NCBI GenBank assembly: GCA_045537915.1
Contig: JAZSQK010000010.1
Span: forward strand, 5,717-69,716
DNA from: Acutalibacteraceae bacterium
GTDB taxonomy: Bacteria; Bacillota; Clostridia; Oscillospirales; Acutalibacteraceae
Reading direction: 5' to 3'
Length of the DNA: 64,000 nucleotides
Shown: piece after piece, positions 55,200-63,869 of the stretch
How positions within the stretch are numbered: position 1 is the stretch's first letter
Layout of the letters: each line of letters begins with the position of its first letter
Notes under the pieces: model-generated
Told to the model about the DNA's origin: nothing
Seen by the model: only the letters and a program-made list of their open reading frames with translations
Database searches by the model: none
Made by a program: the position numbers and the translations under genes

Positions 55200-56621
55200 T
55201 TATTTAGCGCAAAGCTCCTTGTAAAGTCCAATATATGAACCGGCAGATGCATTCCAACTATTGTCGCACTCCATCGCCCTTTTTACAAGTATATTCCAAC
55301 CCTCTTTATCCTTATAACCCTCAAGCGCACGTTCGACCGCATACTTCATATCGTGTGCGTTATAGTTTGCAAAGGTAAAGCCGTTGCCTTTACCGTCGCC
55401 CGAGTCGGATATTGTGTCGTTAAGTCCGCCCGTCTTACGCACTATCGGAATAGTGCCGTACCGAAGAGCAATCATCTGGGCAAGGCCGCAGGGCTCACTC
55501 TTTGAGGGCATAAGGAAGATATCGGCACCCGCATATATCTTTCTTGCAAGGTCGGGGATAAAGCCGAGCTTAAAGGCAACCTTTTCGGGATGCTTTTTTG
55601 CCATTTCATAGAAAAAGGTTTCAAACTCCCAATCTCCCGAGCCGAGTATCGCAAACTGGACATCATTTTGCAGTAGCTCCTCAAAGACACACTTTACAAG
55701 ATCAAAGCCCTTGTGTCCGACAAGACGGGAAACAATTCCGATAAGGGGGGTATCTGCCTTTATGGGCAGTCCCATATATTTTTGAAGCTCCGCCTTATTT
55801 ACAGCCTTGTTTGAGAAATCCTCTGCGCTGTAACCTGCAAAGATATTTTTATCGGTTTCGGGGTTATAAACGACAGTATCTATTCCGTTTACTATTCCGC
55901 AAAGCTTATAGGTATATTCCTTAAGAATCGGGTCCAGTCCGTGTGAATAATAAGGATCAAGTATCTCCTTTGCATATGTGGGAGACACGGTTGTTACCTT
56001 TTCTGAGCACTGTATTGCCGCCTTCATCATATTTACGCAGCCGTCATATTCTATAAGCCCCACCGCTTCATTCGGGAGCCCCAGAACATCTCCTATAAGG
56101 TCGTGCCCGTACTTGCCCTGATACTGTATATTATGGATAGTGAAAACCGTTTTGATATTGGCATACATCGGCTCACTCTTATAGAATATATCGTGGAAAA
56201 CGGGTATCATTGCCGTCTGCCAATCGTTGCAGTGTATTATATCCGGAACATAATCTATGCATCTTATTGTTTCGAGTACCGCTCTGGAGAAAAAGGCAAA
56301 CCTCTCGGCGTCGTCATAAAAGCCGTAAAGAGAATCCCTCTTGAAATAGTACTGATTATCAAGCAGATAATATGTCACTCCGTCGTAACGGGCTTCAAAA
56401 ATTCCACAGTACTGTCTTCTCCAGGAAACAGGCACCGTTATGCTTGTTATAAAATTCATATTTGCCCTGAGCTCATCGGGAACCGACGAATAGAGCGGCA
56501 TTATCACTCTGCAGCCAACAAGTCTTCTGCGAAGCGCCTTGGGCAGTGCTCCCGCCACATCGGCAAGACCGCCAGACATCGCAAAGGGATAGGCTTCGCT
56601 TGTAGCATATAAAACCTTCAT
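55200..56621 (-). CDS. glgA: Glycogen synthase
   Basis: MKVLYATSEAYPFAMSGGLADV...(KTGGL-type SGGLADV)...PSKSEPCGLAQM. Confidence 0.95.
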   Translation of the reverse strand: MKVLYATSEAYPFAMSGGLADVAGALPKALRRRLVGCRVIMPLYSSVPDELRANMNFITSITVPVSWRRQYCGIFEARYDGVTYYLLDNQYYFKRDSLYGFYDDAERFAFFSRAVLETIRCIDYVPDIIHCNDWQTAMIPVFHDIFYKSEPMYANIKTVFTIHNIQYQGKYGHDLIGDVLGLPNEAVGLIEYDGCVNMMKAAIQCSEKVTTVSPTYAKEILDPYYSHGLDPILKEYTYKLCGIVNGIDTVVYNPETDKNIFAGYSAEDFSNKAVNKAELQKYMGLPIKADTPLIGIVSRLVGHKGFDLVKCVFEELLQNDVQFAILGSGDWEFETFFYEMAKKHPEKVAFKLGFIPDLARKIYAGADIFLMPSKSEPCGLAQMIALRYGTIPIVRKTGGLNDTISDSGDGKGNGFTFANYNAHDMKYAVERALEGYKDKEGWNILVKRAMECDNSWNASAGSYIGLYKELCAK

Positions 56622-56635
56622 TTAGTCCTCCGTAT

Positions 56636-57745
56636 TTAAACCGTTTCTTTCTTTCCTACTATTTTTTTAGTAATTCTTCCGTCGAGCTTTTTATCCTTTG
56701 TAATGGTTGCAAAGCGGTCGCAAACCATATAGCTTACCTCACTGCCGACACCGACAGTAGTGCCCTCCATAAGAATACTGTTCTCTACGACTGCACCTGC
56801 CGCTACTATAACATCTCTGAAAAGTATACTGTTTTTGACCGTGCCCTCAATGATACAACCGTCCGAAATAAGACAGTTAGCCGTCTTGGATTCTATTTCA
56901 TATTTGGCAGGCATATCGTCACGGCTGTTTGTATGGATAGGTCTTTCGGGATTGAATAAATCCTTTCTCACTTGGGACTCAAGCAGACTCATATTAGCCT
57001 TAAAGTAGCTCTCAAGTCCATCCATTACGGCGACGAAACCGTCATGGCGGTATCCGAATATACGGAGCTCTTTATATTTTGCGTGAATAATTCCGTGTGA
57101 AAAGCTGACAGAGCCTATATCATAGGCATCGTTTACAAGCTTTATAAGAAGCTCTCTTTTTATAATAATTACATCAAGGCCGTAGTTACAGGACTCATTC
57201 TCTTCAAAGCCGATACCTACTATTCTACCCTCATCGTCAAAGGTAAAATCCATTACATCCTGCTGACCATGAGGCTTCTTACCGTGGGCGTAAACCACAG
57301 TTATATCGGCTTTATTTTTATTATGGAATTTCTTGACCTTTTTAAGATCGATATTTGCTATAACATCGGTATCACAGAGGATAACATACTCCTCCTGAGC
57401 TTCTACAAGGCACTCCATAATTCCGTAAAGCGCCTCAACCCTTCCTTTGTAGACGGGCGCCTCGTTAGAGGCATAGGGCGGAAATATGAAAAGTCCCCCT
57501 CTTTTACGGTCAAGGTCCCAGGGCTTTCCGCTTCCCACATGGTTCATCAGCGAAAAGTAGTTAGCCTTTGTAATAAGGCCGACATTGCTGACACCTGCAT
57601 TTGTGAGGTTTGAAAGCATAAAGTCAACAAGCCTGTATCTTGCGCCGAAGGGCACCGACGCCATTGAACGAGCGGCGGTAAGGTCCTTGAGCAGAGCATC
57701 GTGAGAGTTGGCAAAAATAATACCTAAAACATTATTGGTTTTCAT
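56636..57745 (-). CDS. glgD: Glucose-1-phosphate adenylyltransferase regulatory subunit GlgD
   Basis: GlgC paralogue lacking the GGxGxRL motif (GIIFANSHDALLKDLT...). Located between glgC and glgA. Confidence 0.85.
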   Translation of the reverse strand: MKTNNVLGIIFANSHDALLKDLTAARSMASVPFGARYRLVDFMLSNLTNAGVSNVGLITKANYFSLMNHVGSGKPWDLDRKRGGLFIFPPYASNEAPVYKGRVEALYGIMECLVEAQEEYVILCDTDVIANIDLKKVKKFHNKNKADITVVYAHGKKPHGQQDVMDFTFDDEGRIVGIGFEENESCNYGLDVIIIKRELLIKLVNDAYDIGSVSFSHGIIHAKYKELRIFGYRHDGFVAVMDGLESYFKANMSLLESQVRKDLFNPERPIHTNSRDDMPAKYEIESKTANCLISDGCIIEGTVKNSILFRDVIVAAGAVVENSILMEGTTVGVGSEVSYMVCDRFATITKDKKLDGRITKKIVGKKETV

Positions 57746-58971
57746 TATATTCTGCCTCCCTCTTCAATATCTTCGGTAATCATTTTCTTGGCCGAAACTA
57801 CCGCATTTTTGCCGACCTTAAGGCCGTCTCCGATTACCGTAATGCCCCAGTCCTTAATATCCTTTATCTCTTCAGGGCTCTCTCCTACTACTGCGCCCTC
57901 TTCTATAACAGAATTTTCTGCTACTATTGAATATCTGACACAGGCTCCCTTTTTGATTACCGTTCCGGGCATAATGAGAGAGTACTCAACTACTGCCCCT
58001 TCTTCGACCGTTACATTTGAAAAAAGTATCGAAAAGTCAAGCTTTCCCGCAACACTGCAGCCGACCGTAACAAGAGAGTTTTCGACGTTTGCCGTATCGG
58101 TTATATGCTGGGGCGGCAGTCCCTTTGTCGAACAGTATATCGGCCAGGCATCATCATAAAGATTGAGGTCACTTCTGGGATTTAAAAGGTCAAGATTTGC
58201 GTCCCACAAAGAATCTATCGTTCCGACATCCTTCCAGTATCCGTCAAAACGGTATGCCATCATTTTCTGATTATCACAAAGCATTGCAGGAATTACATCC
58301 TTGCCGAAATCGTTTGAGGAGTCACTCTTTTGCTCATCCTCGCAGAGATATTTGCGAAGCTTATCCCAAGAGAATACATAAATTCCCATAGAAGCAAGGT
58401 TGCTCTTTGGCTCCTTGGGCTTTTCCTCAAACTCGTAGATAACGCCATCCTCTCTGGCGTTCATAATACCGAAGCGGGAGGCCTCCTCCATAGGAACCTC
58501 GATTACCGCAATCGTACAGTCGGCATCGGTTTCCTTGTGAAACTCTATCATTTCAGAATAGTCCATTTTATAAATATGGTCGCCCGAAAGTATAAGAACA
58601 TACTCGGGGTTATATCTCTCAATAAACCTTAAGTTCTGATAAATAGCGTTAGCCGTACCCTTGTACCAACCAGCATTGTCGGTATCTCTGTAGGGAGGAA
58701 GAATATGGACACCTCCGTTTACACGGTCAAGGTCCCAGGCCTTACCGCTTCCGATATAATCTGCCAGTTCAAGCGGCTGATACTGGGTAAGAATTCCGAC
58801 CGTATCAATACCCGAATTGGTGCAATTTGAAAGAGGAAAATCTATTATCCTGTATTTTCCGCCGTAGGGTACTGCCGGCTTAGCTATCTTTTTTGTAAGA
58901 ATGCCGAGTCTGCTTCCCTGACCTCCTGCCAGAAGCATTGCCACACATTCAGTTTTCTTCAAATCTCTCAT
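57745..58971 (-). CDS. glgC: Glucose-1-phosphate adenylyltransferase
   Basis: [40 protein letters not shown]. Confidence 0.95.
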   Translation of the reverse strand: MRDLKKTECVAMLLAGGQGSRLGILTKKIAKPAVPYGGKYRIIDFPLSNCTNSGIDTVGILTQYQPLELADYIGSGKAWDLDRVNGGVHILPPYRDTDNAGWYKGTANAIYQNLRFIERYNPEYVLILSGDHIYKMDYSEMIEFHKETDADCTIAVIEVPMEEASRFGIMNAREDGVIYEFEEKPKEPKSNLASMGIYVFSWDKLRKYLCEDEQKSDSSNDFGKDVIPAMLCDNQKMMAYRFDGYWKDVGTIDSLWDANLDLLNPRSDLNLYDDAWPIYCSTKGLPPQHITDTANVENSLVTVGCSVAGKLDFSILFSNVTVEEGAVVEYSLIMPGTVIKKGACVRYSIVAENSVIEEGAVVGESPEEIKDIKDWGITVIGDGLKVGKNAVVSAKKMITEDIEEGGRI

Positions 58972-59164
58972 CCCCGAATAGTTTATTATGGTTTATATAA
59001 TTGAAATGCATATCTCTATATATCATACCAAACCACTTTAGGTTTTTCAAGAGCGTTTTGTTAGTTTTCCAAAATAACGGTATAATTTTAGCGTGGTTTT
59101 TTGTGAATTTTATACATATTTTGTAGTTTTTCTACATTTTGCACCTAAATTCGTGGGCTTTTTT

Positions 59165-59204
59165 CAAAAAACTAAAACAGAACGGCTCGCAATATTGCGA
59201 GCCG
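59165..59204 (-). terminator. trpB terminator
   Basis: CGGCTCGC-AATATT-GCGAGCCG, followed on the minus strand by TTCTGTTTTAGTTTTTT. Confidence 0.75.
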
Positions 59205-59221
59205 AATCCTTTGTCCTTTGA

Positions 59222-60442
59222 CTAGCGAATTCCAAAGTTTTCAATAATGTAATCCATATCCTTGTCGCCTCTGCCCGAAAGGTTTATCAGTACAGAGCCA
59301 TGCTCCATTGTCTTTGCAAGCTTCATACCGAAGGCTACGGCGTGGGAGCTTTCAATAGCGGGGATTATTCCCTCAAGACGAGCGAGTTTATAAAATGCGT
59401 CGACCGTTTCCTCGTCGTTTATAACATCGTATTTTACCCTTCCGATTTCCTGTAAAAAAGCGTGTTCGGGGCCTGAAGAGGGGTAATCGAGTCCACTTGC
59501 AACCGAGTACACAGGGGCAGGCTCGCCCTTTTCGTCCTTGAGCATAATACTGTTAAAGCCGTGCATAATGCCCTCGGTTCCATATTTCAGACTTGCCGCA
59601 TGGTCGCCGAGCTTTTCCCCACGACCTAACGGCTCAACACCGTAAATATCAACAGGATCGTTAAGGAAGCCTGCGAAAAGTCCCGCCGCATTGGAGCCGC
59701 CTCCTACACAGGCGACAATAGCGCTCGGAAGATGGCCTGTCATCTCGATAAACTGTTCTCTTGCCTCAATGCCTACAACGCTCTGGAAATCACGGACCAT
59801 CATCGGAAATGGGTGTGGGCCTAAAACCGAGCCTATGCAGTAGATGGCGGTTTCATATTCCTTGCTGTATGCATCAAAGGCAGCGTCAACTGCCTCCTTT
59901 AAGGTCTGGAGTCCGTGTGTTACCTCGATAACGTTTGCGCCGAGTATCTTCATACGGGCAACATTAGGAGCCTGTTTCTTTATATCGACAGAGCCCATAT
60001 AAATATCGCACTCAAGACCGAAATAAGCGGCGGCGGTAGCAAGTGCAACGCCGTGCTGACCGGCTCCCGTTTCGGCTATGACCTTCTTCTTACCCATATA
60101 CTTTGCAAGAAGAGCCTCGCCCATACAGTGATTAAGCTTGTGTGCGCCCGAGTGGTTTAAGTCCTCACGCTTTGCATAAAGCTGAACCTTGCCGCCCAGA
60201 GCATCCGAAAGCCTTTCAAGATGAGTAACAGGGGTAGGTCTGCCCTGAAACTCCTTTCTGATTCTGCGGAGCTCGGCAATAAACTTCCTCGACTGGCAGA
60301 TTGAATAATAAGCCTCGGTTATCTCTGCCATTGCGGCCTTGAGCTTATCCTCGACATACACTCCGCCGTACCTTCCGAAATAACCGTCCTTATCGGGATA
60401 ATTGTTAAAATAGGTATCAAAATCTACATTATTTATTTTCAT
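59222..60442 (-). CDS. trpB: Tryptophan synthase beta chain (stand-alone)
   Basis: [23 protein letters not shown] (PLP-Lys), [15 protein letters not shown] 8 nt upstream of the ATG at 60442. Confidence 0.85.
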   Translation of the reverse strand: MKINNVDFDTYFNNYPDKDGYFGRYGGVYVEDKLKAAMAEITEAYYSICQSRKFIAELRRIRKEFQGRPTPVTHLERLSDALGGKVQLYAKREDLNHSGAHKLNHCMGEALLAKYMGKKKVIAETGAGQHGVALATAAAYFGLECDIYMGSVDIKKQAPNVARMKILGANVIEVTHGLQTLKEAVDAAFDAYSKEYETAIYCIGSVLGPHPFPMMVRDFQSVVGIEAREQFIEMTGHLPSAIVACVGGGSNAAGLFAGFLNDPVDIYGVEPLGRGEKLGDHAASLKYGTEGIMHGFNSIMLKDEKGEPAPVYSVASGLDYPSSGPEHAFLQEIGRVKYDVINDEETVDAFYKLARLEGIIPAIESSHAVAFGMKLAKTMEHGSVLINLSGRGDKDMDYIIENFGIR

Positions 60443-60529
60443 TTTTATTTCCTCCAAAAATTTTGTTTCAGCCTTTTAAATTTACCTGAAACGCCATCGG
60501 CCAACCAACAAAAACATAAAATCACCTTT

Positions 60530-60805
60530 ACAAAAAAATAAAATCTTATCCCAGACAATAGGGACAAGATTTGAAAATCCTGCGGTGCCACCCAAATTGA
60601 TGAAAAATCATCCGCTCTGCGCTGTACTATCATACAGCCCCACGATGTAACGGTCGTGCCCCGTCAACTGCTACTCAAACCATCGGTTTTTTCGGTTGCC
60701 CTCATAAGTCCATTCGCCAAAGGTTTCACTGCTGTCATCCCACCGCCGACAGCTCTCTTTGAGTTTCTCGCTTTAGTTACTACTCTCAATCACAGGTTTT
60801 TTCTT
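60530..60805 (-). promoter_or_regulatory. T-box riboswitch leader, Trp-specific (specifier UGG)
   Basis: The minus strand shows AGAGAG in stem I and GCGAAUGGAC with UGG (complement of 60710-60712). The T-box sequence AAUUUGGGUGGCACCGCAG is at 60579-60598. The terminator is AAUCUUGUCCC...GGGAUAAGAUU plus a U-run. Confidence 0.8.
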
Positions 60806-60812
60806 TTAATAC

Positions 60813-60841
60813 ATATTAGCACTTTAAAAATAAAATGTCAA
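60813..60841 (-). promoter_or_regulatory. Sigma-70-type promoter of the T-box/trpB unit
   Basis: Minus strand reads TTGACA-17 nt-TAATAT. Confidence 0.65.
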
Positions 60842-60851
60842 TAGGAAGTTA

Positions 60852-60896
60852 AGGGCCAAGGGAAGAGGGAAAAGGGAAAAGGGAAAGGGGAAAGGG
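60852..60896. repeat. Homopurine (GGGAAA[A])n tract A (G-rich on + strand)
   Basis: AAGGGAAGAGGGAAAAGGGAAAAGGGAAAGGGGAAAGGG. A 39-nt pure purine run (60858-60896) with six G3+ runs. Confidence 0.95.
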
Positions 60897-60912
60897 CCTG
60901 AGCTGACTTTTT

Positions 60913-61134
60913 TTATCTTTTAGGATAATTCATTCCTTTCGGCAATCCTAACAGATAGTCAGCAGAAACATTAAAAAATGAACAAAGCTCCCGTATATCG
61001 TTTAACGAGGGTTCTGCACTACCGGTTTCCATTCGTGAAATTTTCATCTGGTGCATGTTTAACTTTTCCCCAAGTTGTGTTTGAGTTAGATTTTTTTCTT
61101 CTCTTAAATATCTGATTTTTTCGTTAAATTCCAT
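60913..61134 (-). CDS. XRE-family HTH transcriptional regulator (73 aa)
   Basis: MEFNEKIRYLREEKNLTQTQLGEKLNMHQMKISRMETGSAEPSLNDIRELCSFFNVSADYLLG is a canonical HTH_3. AGGAG lies 9 nt upstream of the ATG at 61134. Confidence 0.85.
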   Translation of the reverse strand: MEFNEKIRYLREEKNLTQTQLGEKLNMHQMKISRMETGSAEPSLNDIRELCSFFNVSADYLLGLPKGMNYPKR

Positions 61135-61165
61135 ATTATTCATCTCCTACGAAAATAATATTAAC

Positions 61166-61209
61166 ATAAACGAAAACTGTTTATTGACTTTTAAACGAAA
61201 ATCGTTTAA
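61166..61209. promoter_or_regulatory. Two operator-like palindromes in the divergent promoter region
   Basis: ATAAAC-GAAAACT-GTTTAT (61166-61184) and TTAAACG-AAAAT-CGTTTAA (61191-61209). The second lies between a TTGACT (61184-61189) and a TAAAAT (61206-61211). Confidence 0.5.
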
Positions 61210-61234
61210 AATTGTTTTCAAGGAGTTGATTAAA

Positions 61235-61522
61235 ATGACAATACTTGAAGAGCTGTATTACGGGAATATATGTCCGGCAGTAAAATCCATAAAGAAAAAT
61301 AGCGAGTTTTCAAAAATTTTAGAGGAAATTGTTAATCTGGAAACAAGTTTTACTGATAAGTTTGATAATGAAGAAAAGAAAGACTTTGAAAAGTTTTGCG
61401 AACTAAATAGCGACCTTAATGACATTCGCAATCTTGCTGTATTTAAGAATGGTTTTCAGTTAGGCTTGGGCCTTGCCGTAAATGCATTTTTGGACGAGGA
61501 TGCAAATTTCGAAGATTTGTAA
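61235..61522 (+). CDS. Small acidic hypothetical protein (95 aa) divergent from the XRE gene
   Basis: AAGGAG 9 nt upstream. MTILEELYYGNICPAVKS... No recognisable catalytic motif. Confidence 0.6.
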   Translation: MTILEELYYGNICPAVKSIKKNSEFSKILEEIVNLETSFTDKFDNEEKKDFEKFCELNSDLNDIRNLAVFKNGFQLGLGLAVNAFLDEDANFEDL

Positions 61523-61541
61523 AAGCAAAGAGAACAATTTA

Positions 61542-61574
61542 TTCCTTTCCCCCTTCCCCTTTCCCTCTGCCCTT
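61542..61574. repeat. Homopyrimidine tract B, the inverted counterpart of tract A
   Basis: TTCCTTTCCCCCTTCCCCTTTCCCTCTGCCCTT. Its reverse complement is of the same GGGAAA type as tract A. Confidence 0.9.
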
Positions 61575-61610
61575 GCAAAACAAAAAGCCGTCTGCTCAAA
61601 GCAGACGGCT
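61575..61610 (-). terminator. rpsR terminator
   Basis: AGCCGTCTGC-TCAAA-GCAGACGGCT, followed on the minus strand by TTTTTGTTTTGC. Confidence 0.8.
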
Positions 61611-61623
61611 TTAGCTTTGCTTA

Positions 61624-61863
61624 TTAGTCGTTTACGTAAGGAAGAAGAGCTACCTGACGTGCACGCTTGATGGCAGAGGTGAGCTCTCTCTGGTGAGCTG
61701 CACAGGTGCCGGTTGCACGGCGGGGAAGAATCTTTGCACGCTCAGAAATGAACTTGCGAAGACGAGCTACGTCCTTGTAATCGATAACTTCAACACGGTC
61801 AACGCAGAAGTGACAAACCTTTTTATGAGGTTTTCTGCGCATGGGTCTATCCATTTTCTCCAT
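61624..61863 (-). CDS. rpsR: 30S ribosomal protein S18
   Basis: [12 protein letters not shown]...[43 protein letters not shown]. Confidence 0.95.
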   Translation of the reverse strand: MEKMDRPMRRKPHKKVCHFCVDRVEVIDYKDVARLRKFISERAKILPRRATGTCAAHQRELTSAIKRARQVALLPYVND

Positions 61864-61925
61864 TTTTAACGCCTCCTATTAAAATTTAGGGCAATATGAA
61901 CAGCGGTTGTCCGCTTAAAATTAAA

Positions 61926-62354
61926 TTAGAACGGCAAATCGTCATCGGCCCCGCCCGAGAGGTCGGTGAATTCGGATGCACCTGCGTTTGAGAACGAAGT
62001 GGGAGCCTCACCTGCAGGAGCTGCTGCTCCGTCACGCTTGGACTCTACAAACTGAACATTGTTTGCAACAACTTCAAAAGCAGTGCGGTTTTTGCCGGTT
62101 TCTTTATCGACATAACGACGGGTCTGAATAGAGCCCTCGATACCGATAAGACTTCCCTTCTGGAAGTACTTTGTTACGAATTCTGCAGTCTGGCGCCAGG
62201 CAACAATATTGATAAAATCAGCCTCTGCCTGCTCGCCTGCTTTATAGCGGCGTGAAACTGCGATGGAGAAGGTCGTTACCGGAATGTTGCTGGGTGTGTA
62301 ACGCAGCTCCGGATCTGCGGTAAGTCTTCCTGTAAGAACAACAAGATTGAACAT
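61926..62354 (-). CDS. ssb: Single-stranded DNA-binding protein
   Basis: MFNLVVLTGRLTADPELRYT...ADFINIVAWRQTAE. Acidic tail DDDLPF. Confidence 0.95.
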   Translation of the reverse strand: MFNLVVLTGRLTADPELRYTPSNIPVTTFSIAVSRRYKAGEQAEADFINIVAWRQTAEFVTKYFQKGSLIGIEGSIQTRRYVDKETGKNRTAFEVVANNVQFVESKRDGAAAPAGEAPTSFSNAGASEFTDLSGGADDDLPF

Positions 62355-62372
62355 AATTTTTTCTCCTCCGAA

Positions 62373-62654
62373 TTACTTTCTGACGGTCATTACACGAAGA
62401 ACGCCTTCGGTAATTCCGGCAACACGCTCAAGCTCTGCGGGGAACTCGGGAGCGCTTTCAAATGTTGTGAAAACATAGTAGCCTTCGGCTTCGTCGTTCA
62501 CGAGATAAGCAAGTCTGCGCTTGCCCCAATCGTCAACGTTTACGACTGTTCCGTTATCGGCAATAAGAGCTGCGAACTTATCCTTGAGTTCGCCTACCTT
62601 TTCCTCTCCTCCTGCTACGGAGAATACCATGCATGCCTCATACTTATTTGTCAT
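62373..62654 (-). CDS. rpsF: 30S ribosomal protein S6
   Basis: MTNKYEACMVFSV...VDDWGKRRLAYLV. GGAGGTG SD. Confidence 0.95.
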   Translation of the reverse strand: MTNKYEACMVFSVAGGEEKVGELKDKFAALIADNGTVVNVDDWGKRRLAYLVNDEAEGYYVFTTFESAPEFPAELERVAGITEGVLRVMTVRK

Positions 62655-62832
62655 TTCGTTGCACCTCCTTCTGGACATTAGGCCCTATATTTTTAATATA
62701 GAGCAAGGGGCTAAAGATAAAAAATTTCATTAGCACACGACATTATAACAGACTTTTTTATTAAAGTCAACCTTTTTTCAGTATTGAAAAATGTATACAA
62801 TAGTGCTATACTACACTAAAAGGAGTGATATT

Positions 62833-63597
62833 ATGCTCTTAACCATTGATATCGGAAACACAAATATTACACTCGGACTCTTTGATGACTCGATTCTTCA
62901 GATGACAGGAAGAATTGCCACCGATGCAAAAAAGACCGCCGACCAGTACGCCATAGAGATAAAGGATATTCTCTCGCTTCACGCTCAGAGCGTTGCCTCG
63001 GTTGAGGACTGCATAATCAGCTCGGTTTCTCCCGTTGTTGCCGCCTCGGTAAGCGCTGCGGTCGCCATTCTTTGCGATACCGTTCCCCTTATGCTCGGCC
63101 CCGGTGTCAAAACAGGGCTTAATATAAAGATTGATAACCCCGCTCAGCTCGGCGCAGACCTTGCCGCAGGGGCTGTAGGAGCATTGGCAGAATACACAAT
63201 GCCCTGTATAGTTATTGATATGGGTACCGCAACCACCATTTCGGTTCTTGATGAGGATGGAAACTTCCTCGGCGGCTCTATCTGTGCAGGAATGAATCTT
63301 ACTTTGAGCGCCTTAGCTTCGGGCACCGCCGCTCTGCCTTCAATCAGTATATCCAATCCCAAATCGGTGATCGGACATAACACGGTCGACTGTATGCAGT
63401 CGGGTATCGTTTACGGCACCGCCGCCATGCTTGACGGACTTATTGAGCGCATCGAGGAGGAGCTTGGTCAGACGGCTACGGTCGTCGCTACGGGCGGTCT
63501 TTCAAAGGACATTATAAACTACTGCCGCAAGGATATCATATATAATGAAAACCTTCTTCTTGACGGCCTTCGCATAATTTACGAGAAGAATAATTAA
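62833..63597 (+). CDS. coaX: Type III pantothenate kinase
   Basis: MLLTIDIGNTNITLGLF...IVIDMGTATT...VATGGLS. AAGGAG SD. Confidence 0.9.
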   Translation: MLLTIDIGNTNITLGLFDDSILQMTGRIATDAKKTADQYAIEIKDILSLHAQSVASVEDCIISSVSPVVAASVSAAVAILCDTVPLMLGPGVKTGLNIKIDNPAQLGADLAAGAVGALAEYTMPCIVIDMGTATTISVLDEDGNFLGGSICAGMNLTLSALASGTAALPSISISNPKSVIGHNTVDCMQSGIVYGTAAMLDGLIERIEEELGQTATVVATGGLSKDIINYCRKDIIYNENLLLDGLRIIYEKNN

Positions 63598-63634
63598 AAG
63601 GGCCGAGGGAAATGTGTCTGCGACACCATCCTTA

Positions 63635-63690
63635 CCCCCCTTTTCCCTTTCCCTTTTCCCCTTTCCCTTTTCCCCTTTCCCTTTTCCCTT
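63635..63690. repeat. Homopyrimidine (CCCTTT[T])n tract C
   Basis: 56-nt pure pyrimidine run with eight C3+ runs and a ~14-nt periodicity (CCCTTTCCCTTTTC). Confidence 0.95.
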
Positions 63691-63792
63691 ATTTAATCCT
63701 GCCGAAAGGCAGATTAAAATATTATGAACTGCACCAAAGGTTTCTTATTTGGGCAAAACGGAAATTAAAGAAATGATGCCTCGGCACATTTA

Positions 63793-63836
63793 CTTTTCCC
63801 CTTTCCCTTTTCCCCTTTCCCCTTTCCCCTTTCCCT
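63793..63836. repeat. Homopyrimidine (CCCTTT[T])n tract D
   Basis: 44-nt pure pyrimidine run with six C3+ runs. It ends 34 nt upstream of the next ATG. Confidence 0.95.
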
Positions 63837-63869
63837 AAAACCCTATGGGCAGTATCGGAGGTAGAATTT

